Part shown: positions 27,904 through 36,549 of the stretch, piece after piece
Layout: every line of letters begins with the position of its first letter
How positions within the stretch are numbered: the stretch's first letter is position 1
NCBI GenBank assembly: GCA_963790475.1
Contig: CAWBOS010000010.1
Coordinates: forward strand, 608,001 to 672,000
Length of the DNA stretch: 64,000 nt
Origin: an uncultured delta proteobacterium
GTDB lineage: Bacteria; Desulfobacterota; RBG-13-43-22
Direction: 5' to 3'
The notes under the pieces: model-generated
Told to the model about the DNA's origin: nothing
The model's database searches: none
The model's input: the letters and a program-made list of their open reading frames with translations, nothing else
Made by a program: the position numbers and the translations under genes

Positions 27904-28209
27904 CTAAAATTCCTCTGGCAATCCTGGCCATAATCTGATCCAACCCGGACGCTCCGAACTTTTCCCCCGGGCGATATCCTCCTTAGCCCTTCTGATATTC
28001 TCTTCAGAAAGGGTCTGCCCAACCGCCGGCGGCTGGTCATTTACCCCAGAGATTCGGTCAAGAACGGACTGTAGGGCAGGGCCAATCGCCGTCTCTTGAG
28101 GTCTAAATCGCCGCTCAATCAAGTCTAACATTTGATTGAATAACTCGTTTTTTTTCGAATTAAAGTATGATTCGTTTTTTGGATCCAGGTCCTGGTTGTT
28201 CAATGACAT
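27904..28209 (-). CDS. Hypothetical protein (paralogue of 28245-28442)
   Basis: 101 aa, AAGGAG RBS. Confidence 0.65.
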   Translation of the reverse strand: MSLNNQDLDPKNESYFNSKKNELFNQMLDLIERRFRPQETAIGPALQSVLDRISGVNDQPPAVGQTLSEENIRRAKEDIARGKSSERPGWIRLWPGLPEEF

Positions 28210-28244
28210 GGACGGTCTCCTTTATTTTCGTTTGTAGCACCAGG

Positions 28245-28442
28245 TCATATGGGACTACGTAAATTTCTAATTCCTTCATGTTGGGCCTCCCAATCGGCCA
28301 AGCTTTTTGGCTCCGGGGGGAAGTCGGTTAGCTTGATCGGGCTATCACCCAGAAAATTCAAGAGTTGATCGTATAGCTCGTCGATTTTTGAGCTTACATA
28401 TGATTCTTTCTCGGGTCTCTGGGTCTGCTTCTCCGATGGCAT
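28245..28442 (-). CDS. Hypothetical protein overprinted on the 3' end of the upstream gene
   Basis: 65 aa from ATG 28442 with AAGGAGGT RBS; similar to the neighbouring 101-aa protein. Confidence 0.55.
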   Translation of the reverse strand: MPSEKQTQRPEKESYVSSKIDELYDQLLNFLGDSPIKLTDFPPEPKSLADWEAQHEGIRNLRSPI

Positions 28443-28923
28443 GGAGCACCTCCTTTTGGAATTCTTCAATCGCTTTCATGTCGTATAAGGCCTGGAAAAT
28501 TTCCAGTTGCAGTTTCAATTGACCTCGGATTTCGGCCATGGCCCTCAAAGCCAGTTCCCGGGGATCCTTGAATTTGTATTCAGTGACTTCCTCCTCAGTC
28601 CCCTTGACCTTCACCTTTCGGACCTGACTTTCAAGGATCTGAAGGGCCTCTTCATCTCCCCGGCTCCATCTCATCAGCAGGTCAAGGAGCTCGTTGGCAT
28701 GGTCATTGATCTTCTGAAGTTGCTCGACCGAGTTCAGGTTCTTGGTAACTACCCTATGAGCATTTTCCAGGGCCACGGACTTGACGACGTTGAGATTCAA
28801 TTCCTTCTTGACTTGGCTGATTGCCCCCTCAGTGACCTCAAAAACTTTAGCACAGGCCCGTTGTGATTTACCTTCCCGAAGCATTTGGGATAATTTGACT
28901 TTATCTATTTTTCCTAAAGACAT
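28345..28923 (-). CDS. HTH + coiled-coil protein, possible terminase small subunit
   Basis: N-terminal HTH (GKSQRACAKVFEVTEGAISQVKK), helical remainder, position after replication genes. Function is inferred. Confidence 0.5.
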   Translation of the reverse strand: MSLGKIDKVKLSQMLREGKSQRACAKVFEVTEGAISQVKKELNLNVVKSVALENAHRVVTKNLNSVEQLQKINDHANELLDLLMRWSRGDEEALQILESQVRKVKVKGTEEEVTEYKFKDPRELALRAMAEIRGQLKLQLEIFQALYDMKAIEEFQKEVLHAIGEADPETRERIICKLKNRRAIRSTLEFSG

Positions 28924-28954
28924 TAGCTAAAGCACTCCTAAAGTTGGTTAAGTT

Positions 28955-30709
28955 TTACTTCCTTGATTCAATCGGATCGAACCGGGACCATTCCCCATGA
29001 AAATAAAGAAGGGCCTCCCCTCCGGGATTATACCGGGAAGCCTCCACCCGGACTAAAGTTATCGACTCGTAGGCCTGATTATGTGGGGCCTGTTTGCCCT
29101 CGATGGTTTCCTTACTTCCGGCCACTCTTTGACGGTGCAGGATAAGTAAGTGGTCACAATCCGAAAAAATGGCCGATGAATCTTTAAGGTCCATAGCGGT
29201 CATTATGCTGTCCGCCTGAATCTTCCGGGGCTGGGCTATCAGGATAACGGGGATCTCCATTTCTTCAGCCAGAAACTTGAAGGCCTGGACCGCAAGGCCG
29301 ATCTCTTGGACCTGGTTGGAGATGGACCGGCAAAGGAAATGCAAATGGTCGAACACCAGGAGCTTTAAACCATACCGTTGAATGGCCTCTCTCAGTGTTT
29401 CGATGATCCTTTCCCTTTCCGGGGCCTGGTAGCAATAGCCAAGGTAGAGGGGTTTCCCTGAAAAGCTCCCCCTGACCCTGGTAAGTTCCTCGATCCCGAT
29501 GATTTCAGACTTAGCCGCACATTGGACAATCTTCTGGATCAGCTTCATGGGCCTCATTTCAAGGCAATAGAAGAGGGTGGGAATATCATTGAGGGAAGCA
29601 TGAGAGGCTATTTGCAAGGCAAGAGATGTTTTCCCCACTTTCGGGGGAGCACTCAATATAACCAGGTCCCCTGGTTGAAATCCAATCCGGATAAGCCTAT
29701 TGACGGAAGGCCAAGGGGTAAGGATCCCGGTTTGAAGCTCCGGTTTCTTAAGTTCTTCGCGGTATCGGTCAAAGGCTTTCTCGATAGACATTACTCCGGC
29801 CACATCAAAACGATCAGCCTGGTTGACCAAGGTTTGAAAGTCGAATATATCTTTACCGGCCTGGAAGAATTCGTTAATGTCCTGGCCCTCTGGTAAAGAG
29901 ACATTGAAACATCGGTTATAACCAAGTCTCCGGGCCACTTCCCGAGCTCCCTTCTGGCCTGGTTCGTCTGGGTCATAGCAAAGGAAAATCTTTTTGATGG
30001 GCTTTAACTGGTCAATCCATTCGGGATCAAAGGACCCGGCGCCGGTTGTAACCCCCACCACGTTCTTTATTCCCTGGTCCCATAGGGTAATGGAATCAAT
30101 TTCGCCTTCGGTAAGGTAAATCTCTTCCTGGCTTTCCAGGGCATCGGCATTGAAAAGGACACTCGGACAATTAGGAATTCTTCGGAAGGTCTTCTCTGCT
30201 GGGGGAAGGGACCTGGATTTGATGTTGAACAGTTCCCCTTTGACAAAGTGGGGGATGGTAATCCACCTTGAACCGTCTTTATCGAAGTGGAGGCCCAGCT
30301 TGAAATGCTTGACGGTCTCAATACAGAGGCCCCTGGCTTCCGTGACGTATCTCAAGACCTCCTGGTCTTCTAAAAGCCTTTTGTGGGCCTGGATTGCAAT
30401 TTTAGTATCTGGCCTATGGTTTACCTTGCCTTTACCCGGAAAGGCCGGATTAATCCCCGATTGGGCCTTCCTGGTGCCGTTTCCGTTCCCTGGTGATGGT
30501 TGACGAGAAAAGTCTCCAAGATGTTTTTGAAGGGTAATCAGGTTTCCCCGCTCCTGGCACTTGTGGCAAATAAAAGGGCCTTCTTCTCCGGGGTCTATAT
30601 AAAAATGGCCACCTTCATCACCACAAAGGGGACATCGCTTCAAAACAATCTGGCCGGCGGTTATCCGATAGTCAAGGCCTTTATCGCGGATGTAGTCAAG
30701 GGCAGTCAT
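28955..30709 (-). CDS. Primase-helicase (Zn finger + TOPRIM + DnaB-like SF4 helicase)
   Basis: CPLC/CHKC zinc finger, TEGEIDSI and CYDPDEPG TOPRIM motifs, APPKVGKT Walker A, VFDHLH, ILIAQ. Confidence 0.92.
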   Translation of the reverse strand: MTALDYIRDKGLDYRITAGQIVLKRCPLCGDEGGHFYIDPGEEGPFICHKCQERGNLITLQKHLGDFSRQPSPGNGNGTRKAQSGINPAFPGKGKVNHRPDTKIAIQAHKRLLEDQEVLRYVTEARGLCIETVKHFKLGLHFDKDGSRWITIPHFVKGELFNIKSRSLPPAEKTFRRIPNCPSVLFNADALESQEEIYLTEGEIDSITLWDQGIKNVVGVTTGAGSFDPEWIDQLKPIKKIFLCYDPDEPGQKGAREVARRLGYNRCFNVSLPEGQDINEFFQAGKDIFDFQTLVNQADRFDVAGVMSIEKAFDRYREELKKPELQTGILTPWPSVNRLIRIGFQPGDLVILSAPPKVGKTSLALQIASHASLNDIPTLFYCLEMRPMKLIQKIVQCAAKSEIIGIEELTRVRGSFSGKPLYLGYCYQAPERERIIETLREAIQRYGLKLLVFDHLHFLCRSISNQVQEIGLAVQAFKFLAEEMEIPVILIAQPRKIQADSIMTAMDLKDSSAIFSDCDHLLILHRQRVAGSKETIEGKQAPHNQAYESITLVRVEASRYNPGGEALLYFHGEWSRFDPIESRK

Positions 30710-31512
30710 GAATTCGCTCCAAAAGTTGACTTTTCTTTATCATCCTGCTTTCGGTAATAGGCATCAAGAAGGGAACTCCCGGTTGATTTGGGCTCTGGAG
30801 TAGGAGAGGGGTCTGATTTCAGGTTCCGGATGATCCCGAGAAGGTACGGCTCTTTTTTTCCCTGGGTGTGATACCCCTTCTCAAGATAGGTCTTCATTCC
30901 GGTTAATATCTGGCCTTCTGAATATTTTTGGAAGTCCTGAAGGAGTTTAAGGATTACAGAGGGAGAGACCCGATTTGTTTTCCTGGTGGATGATATGGCT
31001 TTAATGGTGTTGGTGAATAATTCTTTCCCCTCATTAGAGGAAAAGAGTTTATCGGTCAGGAGAGAAATTTCAGAAGAAATTTCGTCAGGGGGTTTCTTCT
31101 TTACATTCTTATCATTCTTGTATGTGTTCTTTGGGTGTCCGTTGGGTGTCCGGTTGCCTGTCCACTCTCCTTGAAAAGTCTCCCAATTTAAGATAGTTAC
31201 AATGCTAAAATGGGTGTCCGGTTTTAGGGCTATCATCGCGAGTACGCATAAACACTGTATCTTTCGATACAAAGTGCTCGGGGAAAGGCTTAATTCTTTA
31301 CTTCCCTGATGTCTTCCAAAAAGGAATTCACCCGGTTTTAGGGAAACTGTCGTCATACCTCGGCCGGTTCTTATTAAAACGAATTGTTCTTTGTGGGAGG
31401 CCTTCAGGAGGCACCATATCCAGACCTTTAAAAGGACAGGATCATGGAAGGCCCGGCTATCAAGAAGCTGCCGGTATAATTTAATCCAACCCTCACCGCT
31501 CATAGTTGCCAC
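30706..31512 (-). CDS. Phage-type replication initiator
   Basis: GWIKLYRQLL...WIWCLLKASH...SIVTILNWETFQ pattern followed by a KNDKNVKK linker. Confidence 0.75.
   Translation of the reverse strand: MATMSGEGWIKLYRQLLDSRAFHDPVLLKVWIWCLLKASHKEQFVLIRTGRGMTTVSLKPGEFLFGRHQGSKELSLSPSTLYRKIQCLCVLAMIALKPDTHFSIVTILNWETFQGEWTGNRTPNGHPKNTYKNDKNVKKKPPDEISSEISLLTDKLFSSNEGKELFTNTIKAISSTRKTNRVSPSVILKLLQDFQKYSEGQILTGMKTYLEKGYHTQGKKEPYLLGIIRNLKSDPSPTPEPKSTGSSLLDAYYRKQDDKEKSTFGANS
31131..31220. repeat. Iteron-like repeats (putative origin) inside the initiator gene
   Basis: TGGGTGTCCG at 31132, 31143 and 31211, next to an AT-rich tract. Confidence 0.55.
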
Positions 31513-31709
31513 CCGTGGGGGTCTTCAAACCTTGCCTGCATAAGGGAAGCAAGTTCCTGGTCAATTGCTCCGGGATCTTTGGGCAGGATTACCTTTCCAT
31601 CCGGCCCGGCCAGTTCGCAAAGCAGAAGAAAAAGATTCGCGGACAAGGGATCTTTTTTAAAGATCCTCTGGTACTTCTTCCGGAACTTTTTGTTAAAATT
31701 AAAGGCCAT
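31500..31709 (-). CDS. Hypothetical protein
   Basis: 69 aa, TGATG-coupled to the upstream ORF. Confidence 0.65.
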   Translation of the reverse strand: MAFNFNKKFRKKYQRIFKKDPLSANLFLLLCELAGPDGKVILPKDPGAIDQELASLMQARFEDPHGWQL

Positions 31710-31918
31710 CAGGGTTCCAAAAGGATCAAAACAGCATCCAATTTTCTTGACAGGATCGGGTTGAAATCCTTTTCCATTTTCCCCTCAAGTCGCCCCTTCT
31801 CTTTCAACAGGACCAATTTCAATTTTAAGTCCTCTTTATCCTGGCGAAAGAGCTTAATGGCCTGGCTTTTCAGAAGGACTTTACGTTTCAAAATCTTCTC
31901 TTCAGGAGACATGGCCAC
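31709..31918 (-). CDS. Hypothetical protein
   Basis: 69 aa, basic; tight operon spacing. Confidence 0.55.
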   Translation of the reverse strand: MAMSPEEKILKRKVLLKSQAIKLFRQDKEDLKLKLVLLKEKGRLEGKMEKDFNPILSRKLDAVLILLEP

Positions 31919-31919
31919 C

Positions 31920-32111
31920 TCATGAATCCTGACAAGACTGGATCCACTTCATTACATCGGCCTCAACAAATCGGACATACTTCCCGAGCCTTATCCTCGG
32001 AATGGCACCCGGTCCCTTTTCCATCGTTTTTCGATAAAGCCAAGACTTCTTAACCTTCAGGCCGGCGGCCATTTCCTCCACTGTTAAAAGATTCTTTGAA
32101 TTGCTCTCCAT
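31920..32111 (-). CDS. Excisionase / AlpA-like HTH protein
   Basis: LLTVEEMAAGLKVKKSWLY...IPRIRLGKYVRF; GGAGG RBS. Confidence 0.88.
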   Translation of the reverse strand: MESNSKNLLTVEEMAAGLKVKKSWLYRKTMEKGPGAIPRIRLGKYVRFVEADVMKWIQSCQDS

Positions 32112-32337
32112 GAATTTGACCTCCTAAAAGAATGTTAACCAACAAATAAAGCCAGGATCTTCCGTAAGAAACTGGCTCTCATTTTAGACTAATAAATACC
32201 TATGTCAACATATAAGTAACTGATTTAACAGTATAATGTGTCAATATGTAACGTTTTGATGAACTTTTTTTTTGATTCTTGTCCACGAATAACAAGGACT
32301 TGACTATTTTTTTTATGTGGGGGGAATTTATTTGAAT

Positions 32338-33243
32338 TTAAGAAGTGATTTTTTGATGGGACTTAACTCTTTTTTTCCATGGTGGGGGTTCTTTTGACAT
32401 TAAGAAGTATTCTTCCAGTGCGGCTTTAATTGTATTTATAGATGCTTGGTCCTTTTTTTTATGTGAAGATTTCTTTAAGTTTTTTTGTATCCATGTGGCG
32501 ATTCCGTTCCTCGTCATTTGACTTATTGCGGCAGGGCCTTTTTTCTCTTGAAGTTTGTTCCAAGAAGCCATTATCTTATTTTTCTTCGGCTGTTCGTAGG
32601 TATCCTTCTTTTTTTTATTGCCGTTAGTGGTTCTGTCGAAATCTCTCCCTTTTTTATCCATACTTGTAGTTTCAAACATTGCTTCCCAAATTAAATGCAT
32701 GGAAGCAATGTCCATCTGATAGACAAGCGAAGGGGGGAGGCGTTCTTCGATATGCTCGTAATAAAAAAACAAGAGTTCAAAAAGAATTGGAATGTCTCTT
32801 GGGTCTCTTATCGGGTCCCACTTTGAAGAGAGGAAAAAAGAAAAAACGGAATTCAAAAGGTCATCGGGGAAGTCGAGAAATAGTTTTGTGAATAATTTTT
32901 TATGGTCTTGAATGTTATTCCAGGTAGGTAAATATTTCCTAATATTATTTTTGAGTAAATCTTTAAATTTTCCCTTATATTCCTGGGTGCCTTGGGTAAG
33001 ACGAAAAGCATCATGGGTTTCATTAAACTCGAAATAGATGTTATTTAGGAGGATCAGTTTTTTTAATCTCTGCTCGGGGTTTACATAAGTGTCGATTGGA
33101 TCTGAAATTCTTTTCCAAAGAGATTGAACCAGCCGGTTTATCTTCTCTTGAAATTCGGTCTTTTCAGATTCGACTTTCGCCTTTTGCTTTGTTTCCTTTA
33201 AGGCTATTTTTTGCTTTTTGGGTTCATTTTTTTTTCGTCCCAT
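32338..33243 (-). CDS. Hypothetical protein (AT-rich; possible C-terminal HTH regulator)
   Basis: 301-aa ORF upstream of Xis with a basic helical C-terminus. Confidence 0.65.
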   Translation of the reverse strand: MGRKKNEPKKQKIALKETKQKAKVESEKTEFQEKINRLVQSLWKRISDPIDTYVNPEQRLKKLILLNNIYFEFNETHDAFRLTQGTQEYKGKFKDLLKNNIRKYLPTWNNIQDHKKLFTKLFLDFPDDLLNSVFSFFLSSKWDPIRDPRDIPILFELLFFYYEHIEERLPPSLVYQMDIASMHLIWEAMFETTSMDKKGRDFDRTTNGNKKKKDTYEQPKKNKIMASWNKLQEKKGPAAISQMTRNGIATWIQKNLKKSSHKKKDQASINTIKAALEEYFLMSKEPPPWKKRVKSHQKITS

Positions 33244-33319
33244 TTGCGCACTCTCGTAAGCTTCTCGATTATTTTTTCAAGGAAAGACCGGCAGGAGATC
33301 GGCCCTTTTCGGGAGACAC

Positions 33320-33449
33320 CCGACAGAAGCGTCCTGTTTCCATTTACAACCAGCGTGGCGGCCAGGTTGACGGCTGACGTGGTCTTCCCGACCCCGCCCT
33401 TGTTATTGACCAGGGCGACTATCCTTCCACAATTCCGTCCTTCCGTCAT
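33320..33449 (-). pseudogene. ParA/Soj ATPase N-terminal fragment
   Basis: [24 protein letters not shown] deviant Walker A, truncated after about 42 aa. Confidence 0.8.
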
Positions 33450-33483
33450 GATGTCGTTCCTTCCCTTGTCATCTTCGCTTCCA

Positions 33484-34746
33484 TCAGTGCGGCACGATCA
33501 GGTTGAAAAGTTTGTCCGCCTTTTCCGGATCGAGGCACCGCAGTTCTCGGACGACATCCAGGGCGGCTGACCGGTTTCCGGAATCGAAGTAAGTAATCCC
33601 GAGGGCATACCAGGTATAGTCAAATCCCGGCTCGATACGCAGGGCCTGGCGGTAAGCATCAATGGCATCATCATAACGATTGAGGGTGTTGTAAGTGTTC
33701 CCCAAGTTATACCAATAAATGAAGGCCATTTTCGAATCGTTTCGGGTGGCCTGGCGATAAGCCTTGATAGCATCATCGTAACGCTTAAGTGTGTCGTAAG
33801 CACACCCAAGGCTGTTCCAGGTATCGGCATCGTCCGGATCAATCCTGACAGCCTGGCGATAGGCTTCGATGGCATCAACGTAGCGCTTGAGACCCTCATA
33901 AGCGTTCCCGAGGCCAAACCAGGCGTTGGCATTTTCCGGATCACTTTTTGTCCACTTCCGGCACCAATCAAGCAACCCCTGCCAGTTCTTCGACTGCAGC
34001 AAGGCGGTAGCTCGTTTGAACCATTCGGTTTGGCTGCGACCCTCGGCGACCTGCTTCCGGCCCGGCTTGACCTCTCCTATCCATTCCGCGGGCATGGCGA
34101 AGTTCAGATTCTGCCCGCCTTCGATGTATAGGGTGATCAGGCCGACCAGCCGTCCTTTCCCATCGAACAGGCCCCCGCCGCTCGACCCGGTGGAGATGGC
34201 AGCGGTGGTCTGAATCAAGGGTGGTGGTCCTCCCCGGAGTTGCGCAACAATGCCGTCTGAAAGGGAAAGTTCCAGACCTTTCGGCGCTCCCACAGCATAA
34301 ACAGGGACCCCTACCTTGAGGCCCGCCGCCTTGCCAAGCTGTGCTGGTTTTCCTGTAATACCCTTGGCATCAAGGAGGCAGATATCCTTGTCGTCGTCTT
34401 CTGCATACAGGGTGGCCGGAAAAAGCTGTTTACCTCGGCCTACCTGGTAAGATGTACCCCCTTCGACGACGTGGCAGTTGGTAGCGACCCTTCCGGAGGA
34501 AATCAACACCCCGCTCCCCTGGGCTTTCAGCTTGCCCTGGGCGTCCAGGGTCTTCACCACAACAACGGCATCCTTGACCTTGTCGAAGACCTGGGCGGGC
34601 GTAAGGGCGTGGACCTGTTTTAATGGCGTAAAGGACTCCACAACCCAATCAAAGGCATCCTTCTTTTTAATGGATTCTCCAATGCAGGACGAAGAGACCA
34701 AGAAATAAGAAAAGGAAAGAACAAGAGAAAAAACCAATCTTTTCAT
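33484..34746 (-). CDS. Trypsin-like serine protease with C-terminal TPR repeats
   Basis: Signal-peptide-like N-terminus; catalytic triad TNCHVV / DICLL / GSSGG; 4-5 TPRs. Confidence 0.9.
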   Translation of the reverse strand: MKRLVFSLVLSFSYFLVSSSCIGESIKKKDAFDWVVESFTPLKQVHALTPAQVFDKVKDAVVVVKTLDAQGKLKAQGSGVLISSGRVATNCHVVEGGTSYQVGRGKQLFPATLYAEDDDKDICLLDAKGITGKPAQLGKAAGLKVGVPVYAVGAPKGLELSLSDGIVAQLRGGPPPLIQTTAAISTGSSGGGLFDGKGRLVGLITLYIEGGQNLNFAMPAEWIGEVKPGRKQVAEGRSQTEWFKRATALLQSKNWQGLLDWCRKWTKSDPENANAWFGLGNAYEGLKRYVDAIEAYRQAVRIDPDDADTWNSLGCAYDTLKRYDDAIKAYRQATRNDSKMAFIYWYNLGNTYNTLNRYDDAIDAYRQALRIEPGFDYTWYALGITYFDSGNRSAALDVVRELRCLDPEKADKLFNLIVPH

Positions 34747-34898
34747 TGGCCGCGATCCCTTCTAAAATTTTTACCTGCAAGCATTTCCTTAGATTTTGAT
34801 TTCAAAAACAAAAACCCCACCTCTCTGTTGAGAAATGGGGTCCTTGGTTCACTCATAGCGATATCCTTTGAAAAGGGTAACTCCAGATAACTCCCCGC

Positions 34899-36029
34899 CT
34901 ACTCAAGAGCCTTCTTAAGATCTAACTTGATTTGTTCATATTTCAATCGAAGAAGGGCAATGAAGTTGACGCCATTGGCAATTCGCTTAAGGTCTTTTTC
35001 TGAAATTACTATAACTATGATATCTTTACTTTGGAAAAATTTGAGTAATTCACGCTCAGCATTTGTGGTTTTCCCTTTCCCGCTGATATCATTACGGGAG
35101 AAAATAATTCCGAATTTACACTTTGCCGAATCTATAACGTGGCAGAATTTGCTTATAGCAGTGACATTTGCTGGTATTGACCAATCCTTGCACTCACACA
35201 AAAAATACCGTCCTATCTCCCCCCTAAAATCTAAGGAGAGTCCTTCCAGGATGCCTACTATATCATAATCCGTCGAGCTACTTCTCAAACGCATCAGTGC
35301 TCTGCACCCAGGCATTGAGGAAATGAGATAGTGTGATAGACGTTCGAGACATTTGCCATCGCCAGATCCTAATCTTTTTATTAGCCAACGAATGTACCTC
35401 AGATTTGGAACAAATGACATGGCTTCTCGGGGAGAGGGATAGTCCGTCATCCAATCCTGATCAATTTCTTGCAGGATCCATTCGGGAAACAATGCCTCTT
35501 TAGTACATTTTTGATAGAGAATCCATATTTCCTTTGCATAGCGTGTTACCTCTTGATGTGAGAATCCATATTTCCAGACCATTCGGGGGTAAACGCCAGT
35601 AGTGGGAGCAATATGCCCCTTCCCCATAATGGCATCCTCGCAAGCGGTCAACATTAAATAGCGCTTTGCCAGAACAGGGTGATCGAGCCTTGCATGGCAG
35701 TCACTGATATAAACCAAGGGCATTCCCTTGTGAACATACGAATCCTTTGTCTTTTGGTATGCTAACATCTGATCATATAGGCCGCTAAAAATTGGAAGAG
35801 CCTCGTGAAATCGAGACTGGTTCAAAAAATAAAGACCGCAAAGCTCCCATGCTCTTTGCATCTTTGTTGGGGATGACACATCTTCAGGTTTGATAGCTTT
35901 TGGCAATTGGTTCGCAATGAGGGACGCTCCATCTTGTCTATCAAACAAAGGAAGCAATTTCGGAGGAACCACTTCTTTAACTTCTTCAAAAAAATCATAT
36001 TTCGTTATAAGGCCATTCTCTTTTGTCAT
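34899..36029 (-). CDS. Helical N-terminal domain fused to a restriction-endonuclease-like (PD-(D/E)xK, Mrr-type) domain
   Basis: DYDIVG...FLCECKDWS...FGIIFS motif at the C-terminus; TPR-like N-terminus with HKGMP motif. Confidence 0.7.
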   Translation of the reverse strand: MTKENGLITKYDFFEEVKEVVPPKLLPLFDRQDGASLIANQLPKAIKPEDVSSPTKMQRAWELCGLYFLNQSRFHEALPIFSGLYDQMLAYQKTKDSYVHKGMPLVYISDCHARLDHPVLAKRYLMLTACEDAIMGKGHIAPTTGVYPRMVWKYGFSHQEVTRYAKEIWILYQKCTKEALFPEWILQEIDQDWMTDYPSPREAMSFVPNLRYIRWLIKRLGSGDGKCLERLSHYLISSMPGCRALMRLRSSSTDYDIVGILEGLSLDFRGEIGRYFLCECKDWSIPANVTAISKFCHVIDSAKCKFGIIFSRNDISGKGKTTNAERELLKFFQSKDIIVIVISEKDLKRIANGVNFIALLRLKYEQIKLDLKKALE

Positions 36030-36248
36030 TCCTATTCCTTTATTAAAATGTCCAAAAAGGCGGTCCTCTCCTCTTAATCCCAATTATCTGCAACCAATTT
36101 GCTACTATTTTATCACAAAACACCGTAAAAAAACAAAAGAGAAGAAAAAAGATTTCTCCCTTTTCTCCCCCTTTTTCGTTTGTTGTTTCTTTACCTTGTT
36201 ATGCATTGCTACTATAATATTATCTAATAGTTTTAGCAACTTAATCCA

Positions 36249-36295
36249 CTGACACGGTAGAAGTCAAGGGTTCAAATCCCTTCGTGCCTACCATG
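36249..36295 (+). repeat. attR (duplicated tRNA-Val 3' half)
   Basis: Identical 47 bp to 24593-24639. Confidence 0.95.
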
Positions 36296-36302
36296 GATTT
36301 CA

Positions 36303-36336
36303 AGGGGCCCGCTTTTTTAGCGGGCTCCTTTTTTTG
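36303..36336 (+). terminator. Terminator (displaced native tRNA-Val terminator)
   Basis: GGGGCCCGCT-TTTTT-AGCGGGCTCC followed by a T run, just after attR. Confidence 0.75.
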
Positions 36337-36549
36337 TCCTTTTTCCGTGCTGTTCGGTGCCGTTAGGTAACCATTCAGTCCCGCCATATTTTTTCCTTTC
36401 TAAAAATCGCAGCTATCTTAGGGACGAGTTCTTTTTTGGCCCTTGAAAAATATCGGGCGATCTTAGAAGAACCTAAGCAGAATATCAATGCCCATCTTTA
36501 TTAAAAAAGGCTCCCCTTACAGGCCGATCAAAAGATATCCCGGTTTCCT

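Larger units (their letters stand above)
24593..36295 (-). mobile_element. tRNA-Val-integrated element, phage-satellite (PICI/P4)-like, about 11.7 kb
   Basis: 47-bp direct repeats at both ends; integrase, Xis, initiator, primase-helicase; no recognisable capsid, tail or conjugation genes. Confidence 0.9.

Noticed and set aside
36249-36295. Second tRNA-Val gene
   Set aside because: Only the 3' half is present; it is attR.
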